Shown here: positions 17,033 to 25,405 of the stretch, piece by piece
Numbering within the stretch: the first letter of the stretch is position 1
Layout: the number at the start of each line of letters is the position of its first letter
IMG/VR virus record: IMGVR_UViG_3300033075_000216
Direction: 5' to 3' (one strand)
DNA length: 64,000 nt
Source of the DNA: an uncultured virus (IMG/VR IMGVR_UViG_3300033075_000216)
Taxonomy: Duplodnaviria; Heunggongvirae; Uroviricota; Caudoviricetes
Notes under the pieces: generated by a model
The model's input: the letters and a program-made list of their open reading frames with translations, nothing else
The model's database searches: none
Told to the model about the DNA's origin: nothing
Program-made: the position numbers and the translations under genes

Positions 17033-19808
17033 TTAAGGAATGTTGAATCCAGTGATCAATACGTTCTTACCTGGTGTAGAGGTGAAGATCGCGGTGTCGC
17101 ACCATGTACGTAGTTCATACGCAGCAGAGTTTTCAACATCGCGGAAGAATTCGCCTTCAGCAGCAGGACGCTTGAAAGTGATATCGCTAGAGCCAACTCT
17201 TACGAAGTCTTTCAAGTGCAACAAGAAGCAATGTCCTTGTTTTACGTAGATAGAAGGTTCGATTTCGATAGCGCCAGAAGCTGCGAAGAATCGCAACTTA
17301 CGGAAACCGTTCTCGCCTTCTTCTTTATCGTAGCTGTGGTCATACTTACGAAGAGCAGCTTCGTCAGCAACCAATACGCCGAAGATTTTTGGGTTTAGCA
17401 AGCACTTAACGTCGCCGTCCAAACCTTTCTCGATAGCGCGAGCAATAGCCAACTCGATCTTCTCTAGAGACAAGTCTCCAGAAGTCGCGTAGGTGTTACC
17501 TTGCCACAAGCTATATTGAGAAGCATCGATGCCGAACAAAGATCCAGTGTTAGTGATGATTTTGTGGATACCAGCAAATTCATTACCATAAGCACCTTTG
17601 AAGTACATCTTGTCAGTAGCAACAGTACCTACTGGAATAGCATCCAAGTAGATAGCTCTGTTGTCTAGGTCTGATCTAGTTACGTTTGCGTTGCCGCGAA
17701 GAGTACCAGAAGAAGATCTAACTTCTACAGGCATACCTTCAGCGCCAGCCCAAATACCAGCAGCCCATTCAGCAGCAGTGATAACAACGTTATCAACGTT
17801 TACAGTGCTGATTTCGCCCAAGCCCATTTGTCCGTAGATTGACTCTACTTCCAAACGCTTGTGCATAGATTGCAACATGTTTGCAACGATGTGTTTTGTA
17901 GCATCTTCGAAAGCACGTTGTCCACCGCCAGCAGCACGGCTAGCAGCAGTAAGGCCTAACATTGAACGCATTACGCGTGGGTTTCCAGATACTTGAGCGT
18001 TTTTAACAGCTCCAGCAACAGGAGGGTTTAAGTTAACATTTTGTTATCGCAAGGGCTCTTTATCCCCTGCTTCAATATGTTTCCATATTGATCGGACTAT
18101 CTCATCATCCCGAAGGATGCCGATGGCTCGTGGGTACATTTTATTCTATTTCTAGTTTCAGTACCTAGTCTCTGCGCGTGTTTAAAAATTTTACTTTTTA
18201 AGCTTCCGCTCTGATTAGCTTAGTTTTCACTTTAGCTTTCCAGTTTTTCCATCAGTTATTCAAGAGATATTTCTATCTCAGGGCACTAAACTGTTCCGTC
18301 CATGCATCATCGTCTGGTCCGCCGTATGACACTCCGTGCTCTGACTGGAGGATCACTGGCTGGTTGTATTTATTCATTTTGTTATCGCAAAAGCTCTTTA
18401 TCTTTTGCTTCTAATAATTACTTATTAGATCAGACTATATTTTAAACCTTTGTTTTAGAATCCCGAGTTCTTTTAGCATTCTTTTCACTGCTGTTGCAGA
18501 TATTTTATATTTAGCTGCTATTTTGTAAGAACTGTTTAGTTCTTGATAATCTTTTTTTAATTGATCATCAGATACTGGATTTTCTATTTTTTTATTCAAA
18601 GGTTCCGTCGGACTCGTGGGTATATTATATTCTAAATTAGAAAACTTTCTTATATACTTTTGTTCTAAAAATTTAAACTTATTTTTTATGGAAACACACT
18701 CTGGAAGTATTTTTCTAAGTTGAGACCACAAAACCATACTGTAAAATTGATTAAAAGCAATCTCGTTGTAATATTTTTTAGGGTATCTGCTTTTTACTTT
18801 TATCAAAGTAGATTCTACGTTTAAGTTTAATTTTAACCATTCTTGTATTTTTTTTACCTCTTCATCATTTTGATCATGTACACATAAAGTTAGGCTTGCC
18901 GTATTAACTATGTCATTTGTTTTAACATATCTTACGGTGCCATCATCACATAACCAGATTAGAAGTGCAAAAATTGGATGGTTTATATATTTTAAAAGAT
19001 CGGGTATTTTTTTATGACTATTTAAATAAACTTCTTCTCTAAGGTGCTTTATTCCACTATGACAAAACCAAGTAGATTGGTTCTTTTTTACACAAAGTCT
19101 AGCGGGGGATTTTCTATATTTATTTAAAATATCAAGTTTGAACTGGTTATAATCTGTTTGTTTATGACCATGTTCCACAACTAATTGTCCTTTTTTTGTT
19201 ATAGTTCCGTCGCCTATTGCTAAGATAGCTATAATTTCTTGTAAAGTCATTTTAGTTGTATTATATCATTATTTTCTATTTAGTGTCAATACCTAGTCGT
19301 TGCGGCTGGCAGTACCTTTAATTACCACCTTCACCTCGAATTGCCCTATATATTCAACCGTTTATATAGGGGATTTTCGTTTTTTCCGACGTGCTAATGT
19401 TAGATTACTCTAACAAAGGGCAAATACTTTACCTGGTTGTTTATCTTTCGCTACGAAAGGGATCATTTTATAAAGCTTAACACCATCTGGTATTAAGCAC
19501 TCTAGTGTATCAGCATATCAATCTTGTTATCGTATGAGCTTTTTATCTCATACATCAATGTATTACTACATTGTTCAGACTATATCTTCAACCGTGTTAG
19601 GGTTGTCGCGGCCTCTTGGAGACATTATTTCAGTCTCTAGTCGTTGCGGCTGGCTTGCGCCTTCACCTCGAATTTCCCTTACCTGTCAACTTAATAAGGA
19701 GTTTTTCGTTTTTTCCGCGATACAGCCTAGGCTATTACTAACCTAGCGGGCAAATGCTACCTGCTTGAATAAACCATTTAGAAGTGTTGTTGTATTTGCA
19801 GTTGACAT
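17033..19808 (-). CDS. Major capsid protein, spliced from 4 exons: 19808-19759, 19518-19431, 18374-18302, 18036-17033 (404 aa)
   Basis: Exons sum to 1215 nt in one frame: MSTANTTTLLNGLFKQV-YADTLECLIPDGVKLYKMIPFVAKDKQPG-NKYNQPVILQSEHGVSYGGPDDDAF-NLNPPVAGAVKNAQVSGNPRVMRSMLG... Lies downstream of the scaffold gene and ends in a strong terminator. Confidence 0.85.
18037..18301 (-). ncRNA. Group I intron 3 in MCP (265 nt, no ORF)
   Basis: Exon ends in U, intron ends in G; R-like CGCAGAGACTAG, S-like GAGATAGTCC; P3 CTGATGG/CCATCGG; P1 GCAU/GUGC with U-G. Confidence 0.9.
18435..19250 (-). CDS. LAGLIDADG homing endonuclease (two-motif type) with C-terminal HTH-like tail
   Basis: Motifs IAILAIGDGTI and ALLIWLCDDGT; AT-rich; lies inside the intron. 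Confidence 0.85.
   Translation of the reverse strand: MTLQEIIAILAIGDGTITKKGQLVVEHGHKQTDYNQFKLDILNKYRKSPARLCVKKNQSTWFCHSGIKHLREEVYLNSHKKIPDLLKYINHPIFALLIWLCDDGTVRYVKTNDIVNTASLTLCVHDQNDEEVKKIQEWLKLNLNVESTLIKVKSRYPKKYYNEIAFNQFYSMVLWSQLRKILPECVSIKNKFKFLEQKYIRKFSNLEYNIPTSPTEPLNKKIENPVSDDQLKKDYQELNSSYKIAAKYKISATAVKRMLKELGILKQRFKI
19260..19289 (-). promoter_or_regulatory. Sigma-70 consensus promoter inside intron 2, upstream of the endonuclease
   Basis: TTGACA-N18-TATAAT with an extended TG; ATG follows 9 nt after the -10. Confidence 0.7.
19519..19758 (-). ncRNA. Group I intron 1 in MCP (240 nt, no ORF)
   Basis: R CGCAACGACTAG, S AAGATATAGTCTG, P3 TCGCGG/CCGCGA, P10 AGCAU/AUGCU, terminal G. Confidence 0.9.
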
Positions 19809-19833
19809 TATTTATATTTCCTTTTTAATTATT

Positions 19834-20304
19834 TTATGCTCTGTCTTGTAACAAGCACTCAATAACAAGGCGATAAGTCACAGTGTCAGCAGCTAAGTTA
19901 GCTGTTGTTCCTGAGATCGTTAAAGCCAAGTTTCCATCTGACGTAATGCCAGATGAAGAGTCGCCTTTTAGAGACAAGGCCACTGTACCAGCTGTGCTAG
20001 TAACTTCAGATACAGAAGCTGAAAAAAGCTTTTGAATCTTTCCGCCAAGCAAGTTGGGGCAGTGTAGCAGAACGCCCATGATAGAAGCGCCTGCATTATT
20101 GTTTTCTATAGTACCAAATGTAGCTCCGGAGTCTTGAGAAGACACGTCGTCATTTCCCTCAGTCTGTAAAAATACAGATCCTGGAGCATCACTTGAGTGC
20201 TTTACGTTAGCTGCTGTAGCATTTCCTACAACACTAACATCCAACACAACACGTTTCATGCGCAACATGTGACTCATACCGGATTGTTCTTTAGGTAGCA
20301 ACAT
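19834..20304 (-). CDS. Putative capsid decoration/minor head protein
   Basis: 156 aa, beta-rich, between scaffold and MCP. Confidence 0.5.
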   Translation of the reverse strand: MLLPKEQSGMSHMLRMKRVVLDVSVVGNATAANVKHSSDAPGSVFLQTEGNDDVSSQDSGATFGTIENNNAGASIMGVLLHCPNLLGGKIQKLFSASVSEVTSTAGTVALSLKGDSSSGITSDGNLALTISGTTANLAADTVTYRLVIECLLQDRA

Positions 20305-20428
20305 TTTAGTTTCCTTTTGGTTAATGGTTAATAACGGATATGCGTATCTTTTGTTTTAGGTGATTCATTATTCAATTAAGGGTATAATGAAGCCGTATTG
20401 TCAAATTCTCGCAGTCCATTCAGTGAGC

Positions 20429-21364
20429 TTATCCGCGAAGGAAATCGCTCATTGAAATCTTCTTTTCGCCTTTCTTAGGCTTCTCTTCTGCCTTCTCACC
20501 TGTCGGTAAGATGTTAGAAGCGGTTTGAACAGGTTTTCTCATAGCAGCTACTTGTTTCTTTCGCATACCATTCAAACGCTCTTTTCCTAAGATAGCTTCA
20601 ATCACTTCATCCGGAGACGAAGCGAAATACTTCTTGATATCTTCTTCTAGTTCTTTTTTAACTAGAGGAGCCAAGTCTTGTGCAGAAACGTCTAAGTTAT
20701 TGTCTAACGCAACACTTAGCATTTCAGCAAACTTTTTAACAGCATATGGAGTGGTGGGGATGCCACTAGACTCTAAAGCAGAGATAACATCGTTTTGATA
20801 CTTCTCTTCGTACTCTTGTTGGAGTCTTTGAAACTCAGCATCCTTACGACGCTCTTCTTCATCTTTTTGCTGTTTACGAATTTCTTCTAATTCTTTTCTA
20901 GCTTTCTCAAGCTCTCTCTGTTCAGGAGATTTCTGTTCTTCTTCAATCTTTCGTTGTAGAAGTTTTACAGCCCATTCTTCTGGGTCCATGCCGATTTGTC
21001 TCATCACTTCTTCAGGAGATTCTTGTAAAGCTTTAGCAATTTGTTCCACTTGTTTCTTTAATGTTGCTGATTCTTGCATACGTTTTTGTGAAACTTTTGC
21101 CAGTTGTAAACGTTTAACAATCTCTTGCTCGTTGTCTAAATCCAACTCGTCTTCAAGTTCTTGTCCGTCCACTTTAAGCTTAAACTTTTTAATGTTTCTT
21201 TTAATTTCTTCTTGCTTCTTCTGTTCAGCTTTGCTAGGCTGTTCTTCAGAGCCGCCTTCTGAGGCAGAGGCTTCTAAGGCCTCGTTATTTGAAGATTCCA
21301 CTTCACTTGATTCTGAAGATGGAGCTTCCGCAGCAGGAGCTGCTTGTTCGTTATTATCAATCAT
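20429..21364 (-). CDS. Capsid scaffolding protein
   Basis: Acidic N-terminus, 'KFKLKVDGQELE' motif, coiled coil; upstream of MCP. Confidence 0.75.
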   Translation of the reverse strand: MIDNNEQAAPAAEAPSSESSEVESSNNEALEASASEGGSEEQPSKAEQKKQEEIKRNIKKFKLKVDGQELEDELDLDNEQEIVKRLQLAKVSQKRMQESATLKKQVEQIAKALQESPEEVMRQIGMDPEEWAVKLLQRKIEEEQKSPEQRELEKARKELEEIRKQQKDEEERRKDAEFQRLQQEYEEKYQNDVISALESSGIPTTPYAVKKFAEMLSVALDNNLDVSAQDLAPLVKKELEEDIKKYFASSPDEVIEAILGKERLNGMRKKQVAAMRKPVQTASNILPTGEKAEEKPKKGEKKISMSDFLRG

Positions 21365-21472
21365 AAGTACCTCTACGTCTTAATGATAGTATGGGCATAG
21401 TGCGTCCTTTCGGGTAGCTCTACGTCGCTTTGAGCGATATTAACGACAACATCCGTGTCGTTAGGTTCTGTT

Positions 21473-21850
21473 TTATTGTCTTAGTTTCTTTTCTTGTTCT
21501 TTTAGTAAGAAGTCAACAAGTTCGTCGCTGTTGAGTTTTCTTTCTATTTGTGCTTCGTTTGGCTGTTGAGGGGCAGCTTGTTCTTGCATGTCCATCTCAG
21601 CTCTACGTCTAGCTAAGTCTTTGAGAGGTTCCATTCCTGCCAAGGCTTTCTGTGGATCTGACACCATGGCTTGACTTTCTCTCGCAAACTTGCCAGCAGC
21701 GGCATCTTTAAGAGCTTGCTGTTCCAACACGTCTGGGGTGGGAGCGTTCATTGCTCTCATCTGATTGTCTTCTTTCTTACCTTTAATAAAATCTATTAGT
21801 TTAGACACTTGAGGGTTTAAGCCCTTTACGTCTGCGTAGCCTTTTGGCAT
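21473..21850 (-). CDS. Hypothetical helical protein
   Basis: 125 aa ORF in the head operon. Confidence 0.5.
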   Translation of the reverse strand: MPKGYADVKGLNPQVSKLIDFIKGKKEDNQMRAMNAPTPDVLEQQALKDAAAGKFARESQAMVSDPQKALAGMEPLKDLARRRAEMDMQEQAAPQQPNEAQIERKLNSDELVDFLLKEQEKKLRQ

Positions 21851-22002
21851 TATTTCTTCCTTATCTTTTCCTTAAGCTTTTTAAACCGATCCTTAGAGGT
21901 TGCTTCTATAAATTCTTTTGCCACTTTCTTAGACACTCCGGTTTTCTTACCAGACATTGTGGCATACATAAGTCTTGCTTGTGCTTTTGATTTTAACGGC
22001 AT
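21850..22002 (-). CDS. Small basic protein (50 aa, not in ORF track)
   Basis: MPLKSKAQARLMYATMSGKKTGVSKKVAKEFIEATSKDRFKKLKEKIRKK; TAATG coupling to the next gene. Confidence 0.6.
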   Translation of the reverse strand: MPLKSKAQARLMYATMSGKKTGVSKKVAKEFIEATSKDRFKKLKEKIRKK

Positions 22003-22259
22003 TTCCATCTCTTTCGAGCTTTACACAAACGCTTTTCTGGATTCTCTCGGCAGTCTATTCCCCACATCTCTTGTTGACCTTTGGAACGTGCGCAGAAGGA
22101 TTTCTGACGCTTGCCACCCTCAGGTTGAGGTTTCTTAAGGTTAGATCCTGTGGCTTTGTTATAAGCCTTTCTACCCTTCTCAGTAAGTCCGCCCTTATCG
22201 CTTTTGTGTTCAGATTTAAAGGAGAATTTAGATTTAATTTTGGAGAATCGTTCTGACAT
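21993..22259 (-). CDS. Small basic phage protein (DUF6321-like)
   Basis: GGLTEKGRKAYN..TGSNLK.P...R.KSFCAR...RL.KA..RWKC. Confidence 0.65.
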   Translation of the reverse strand: MSERFSKIKSKFSFKSEHKSDKGGLTEKGRKAYNKATGSNLKKPQPEGGKRQKSFCARSKGQQEMWGIDCRENPEKRLCKARKRWKCR

Positions 22260-22277
22260 AAAAAAATGCCTTATATC

Positions 22278-22290
22278 ATATAGTTGTTAA
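22278..22290 (-). promoter_or_regulatory. Putative late promoter motif (copy 3)
   Basis: Exact 13-mer, 18 nt before ATG 22259; heads the scaffold/capsid operon. Confidence 0.7.
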
Positions 22291-22407
22291 CAAATAAAAA
22301 TAATATTACAGCTATGTCAAATGCCAATAAGGCAAGAAACATATGCTTAAACTTACGAGAACTGTAGTAATATCGCTCTTTTATAGGCGTTTTAGTGGGG
22401 TTATATA

Positions 22408-22920
22408 CTATTCTCGCCACAGGCGCTTCCTAAGAGCCGCAAACTTACCTTCGTCTTTTGGTATAGCAGCCTCAACGTCTTCCGCTGTAATACCTTCCAT
22501 ATAGCTCTTCTTAGGCTTCATAGCCTTCGCAGCAAGCCCTTCGCCTTTAGCAATGGCAGCTTCGGCAGCTTCTTTAGAAAGATAGCTGGATGGAACGCCT
22601 CTTGAAGATATTCCTGCCATAACGTTACCTAGCATAGATTCAGCATACCGTCTATTAGCTTCTGACGCCTCTTCTGGGCTCATCTTAGTGGGTTGTCCTT
22701 GCATAGCCCTTATCTTGTCTTTCAAAGCCTCTGTGCTGTCATCCGAGAGCTTCTGACGCTCTTGGTCAGCTTCGTCCATCTTAGGTTTAAGCATGTTTTC
22801 ATAAAAAGCTGTCATTGTATCTGCAAGAGACTCTTTTTCAGATTCTTCAGGACTCTCTTCTAAATCAGGATTACCGAATACTCTGTTAAATTTCTTAGAA
22901 AGCTTTTCAAATTTAGGCAT
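22408..22920 (-). CDS. Hypothetical protein
   Basis: 170 aa, helical. Confidence 0.5.
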   Translation of the reverse strand: MPKFEKLSKKFNRVFGNPDLEESPEESEKESLADTMTAFYENMLKPKMDEADQERQKLSDDSTEALKDKIRAMQGQPTKMSPEEASEANRRYAESMLGNVMAGISSRGVPSSYLSKEAAEAAIAKGEGLAAKAMKPKKSYMEGITAEDVEAAIPKDEGKFAALRKRLWRE

Positions 22921-22921
22921 G

Positions 22922-23341
22922 TTATTTTTTCAACCTTTGTTTAATCTTATACTTACGCATTTCCGCTCTATTGCAAATGTCGCCAACAAGCTGCTCAACG
23001 CCAGGAGACACATCCTGAGATACAATTGCAGCAACCAATGAGCAAAGTTTATCTTCTAAAGCAAGTTGGAACATGTAGAAGCTACTGTTCTCTTTTACAC
23101 CTACGCTAGGCGCGCCCTTTAAGTTTGCCATTACGCCCATCATAAGGCTAGATAGTTCCATGTGCTCTTCGCCCATAGTGCCGATAATACGTTCAGCAAC
23201 ACCATCAAAGTCGCTCTCTGCTTCTTGATAAACAGAAGAGAAGAATTCGTGATCTGCGTGGAATGGAGCCCTTGCTACCAAGTGGTGAGCTGAATGGGCA
23301 AATAGTTGCATACTTCTTAATAATACTAATAATTCTTTCAT
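22922..23341 (-). CDS. Ferritin/Dps-like protein
   Basis: H..HH.V....FHADHEFF..VY......FD.VAER, a Dps-type ferroxidase pattern. Confidence 0.7.
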   Translation of the reverse strand: MKELLVLLRSMQLFAHSAHHLVARAPFHADHEFFSSVYQEAESDFDGVAERIIGTMGEEHMELSSLMMGVMANLKGAPSVGVKENSSFYMFQLALEDKLCSLVAAIVSQDVSPGVEQLVGDICNRAEMRKYKIKQRLKK

Positions 23342-23351
23342 AATACTCTCT

Positions 23352-23501
23352 TTATTTTATAATAATTTTTAAAATCAGACCTAATATAACAATAGCTTCT
23401 AAAGCAATAATCACATAAAGTAAGTTATTTCTCTTTTTATAATGTTTGGTGTTTGCTTGCTTTAGAGCTGTAGCATCTTTATTGAATACAATCTTACCCA
23501 T
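23352..23501 (-). CDS. Small C-terminal TM protein (49 aa, not in ORF track)
   Basis: MGKIVFNKDATALKQANTKHYKKRNNLLYVIIALEAIVILGLILKIIIK; TAATG coupling. Confidence 0.5.
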   Translation of the reverse strand: MGKIVFNKDATALKQANTKHYKKRNNLLYVIIALEAIVILGLILKIIIK

Positions 23502-24046
23502 TATAAATCCTTTTTAGTAATACTTAAAAAATCTAATTCGTTTTTGAGTCTAAGAATACTATCAAAAACACCGAGATGATTTATGTACACTCTATCTCTA
23601 TAAGTTCTTCCTAATCGAACAGCTTCAGCTTCTACCATTATAGTATCGCCTCCTTCAAAGTCCAAACCAGGAAATGTTGTTAGAGGTGTGTTTAGGTAGA
23701 AATAAGAATTTGGTAGTTCTGTGCCTGCAACTGTTGTTATAAATTCATCTACCCAATCAGGAGTAGTTACTTTATATAATCTAAAGGACATAGTGGAGGC
23801 GGAATCTACTGTTCCGTTAGCTGGGTTATATAAGTAAGCAACTATCTGCACATCCGACAAGGTAGTGTCATTAAACTTTGCAGCTATTTTTATAACCTGA
23901 CTACTAGCTAAGAAAGAAGCATCTTGAGCAAATAAAAATTGCCAATCGTTTGTATCGTTTACAATAAAACGTTTAGAGTGGTCAAGTTTTAATATTTGAT
24001 TTTCTTCATTGCTCTCTACAGCTACTAATTTTCTAGTGATAGGCAT
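23501..24046 (-). CDS. Hypothetical virion protein
   Basis: 181 aa ORF. Confidence 0.5.
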   Translation of the reverse strand: MPITRKLVAVESNEENQILKLDHSKRFIVNDTNDWQFLFAQDASFLASSQVIKIAAKFNDTTLSDVQIVAYLYNPANGTVDSASTMSFRLYKVTTPDWVDEFITTVAGTELPNSYFYLNTPLTTFPGLDFEGGDTIMVEAEAVRLGRTYRDRVYINHLGVFDSILRLKNELDFLSITKKDL

Positions 24047-24050
24047 TTTA

Positions 24051-25403
24051 TTAAGTACCTAAAAGTGTAAAGCCTTTATAAGATACTTTCTCAGACCCAT
24101 TCACTACTATCCCAATTTTCACAGAATAGTGTGTTAAGTCTGTCAATAAGGCTGCTGAGACTGGGGTTATTATAAACCTACCATTAACATCCGCACTAAT
24201 GCCGGATTGCGTTAGTCCGCCCACAGCTACACCTGATGCATCATACACTGTATAGTTTGCTGTACCTAGATTACTAAGTTCCACAACTCCGGAGGACTTT
24301 TGTGCCCAAAATACTGCTTGTAGTTGGTTAGATGCATTTATTGAAAATTGTGCTTTAACCTCATACTGAGGAACAGAAGCTTGAACGGCGAACATTTCAA
24401 CTAAGGTTACACTATCTGCTGTTAAGGTAACTCGTACAGAATAACCTGGATAATCCCCTGTTAGTAAACTTGATATAGCGGTTATTTTATATATTCCTTG
24501 TCCATCGGCGGATATACCGCTTTCCGTCATTCCGACAACAGCATTACCATTTTGATCGAACACTTGATAAGATGCTGTCCCTAGTCCTGTAGTTTTCATC
24601 ACTTCGTTAGCAGATATCCAAAAAGAACCATCAAACTGATTACTCTTATCCACAAAGAATAAACCAGATATATCATATTTAGGAGCTTCTTGGATAAGTT
24701 CTGAATAGCCTTCTCTAATAGCGCCATCTACAGTGATGTCTATTTTTACGAGGTAATGATCTAAAGTTTTATTTAGAGTGGATGATACAGGAGTTATAAT
24801 ATACTGACCGTTTGCGTCAGCAGTTATGCCACTTTGTGTCATACCAACAACGGCAGATCCGTTTTTATCATACACTTGATAGGATGCTGTTCCCATCGTA
24901 GCTGTTCCAGTTTTAGCTAGTACTGAGTTCTTTAAACACCACAAAGTTCCTTGAAGTTGATTGGATGAATTTAAGGCAAAGGCGCCTTGAACTTTATAAG
25001 TTTCAGCACTCACAAATACGCCAGTGGAGATAACACTAAAAGACACAGTATTACTGTCTAAATTAGATACACCGTCTCTAGCGCGCACACCGACATAATA
25101 GGTCGTTCCGTTTTGTAAAAAAGAACCATCTCTTAGTGTCCAGAAATCAAATCTAAGAGCGTCAGTAATACCAACCACATTACTAGGATTTGTAAATAAA
25201 CCTACACTAGTAGCTGCTTGACAATACACTTCATATCGAAGAGGTGTAGTTGCGTCTGTAGCTGCCGCCCAAGTTGCACTTATTTGACCTCTAGATCCTA
25301 TTGCCAGTGTTGAAATACCAGCAAATGTCGGAGGGGTCGTGTCGACAATACAGGCGGAAGATGTTCCAACATAGAAGTTATTATTTATTAATAAATTAGG
25401 CAT
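24051..25403 (-). CDS. Structural protein with FN3-like domain and three Ig-like repeats
   Basis: DTTPPTFAG...W.AATD...YYVGVRARD; three copies of G.A.Y.V.D..G.AV.G.T.SGI.AD. Confidence 0.6.
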   Translation of the reverse strand: MPNLLINNNFYVGTSSACIVDTTPPTFAGISTLAIGSRGQISATWAAATDATTPLRYEVYCQAATSVGLFTNPSNVVGITDALRFDFWTLRDGSFLQNGTTYYVGVRARDGVSNLDSNTVSFSVISTGVFVSAETYKVQGAFALNSSNQLQGTLWCLKNSVLAKTGTATMGTASYQVYDKNGSAVVGMTQSGITADANGQYIITPVSSTLNKTLDHYLVKIDITVDGAIREGYSELIQEAPKYDISGLFFVDKSNQFDGSFWISANEVMKTTGLGTASYQVFDQNGNAVVGMTESGISADGQGIYKITAISSLLTGDYPGYSVRVTLTADSVTLVEMFAVQASVPQYEVKAQFSINASNQLQAVFWAQKSSGVVELSNLGTANYTVYDASGVAVGGLTQSGISADVNGRFIITPVSAALLTDLTHYSVKIGIVVNGSEKVSYKGFTLLGT

Positions 25404-25405
25404 TA

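Larger units (their letters stand above)
18375..19430 (-). mobile_element. Group I intron 2 in MCP (1056 nt) carrying a homing endonuclease gene
   Basis: R CGCAACGACTAG, S ATATAGTCTG, P3 GTCGG/CCGAC; 3' end GATAACAAAATG; P10 GUAUUU/AAAUAC. Confidence 0.9.

Noticed and set aside
17033..17971. 312-aa ORF as the complete capsid protein
   Set aside because: The frame stays open upstream to an intron 3' splice site, and joining the upstream exons gives a coherent 404-aa protein with an RBS (AAGGA) before ATG 19808
19534..19746. 70-aa plus-strand ORF
   Set aside because: Antisense to group I intron 1; no coding features
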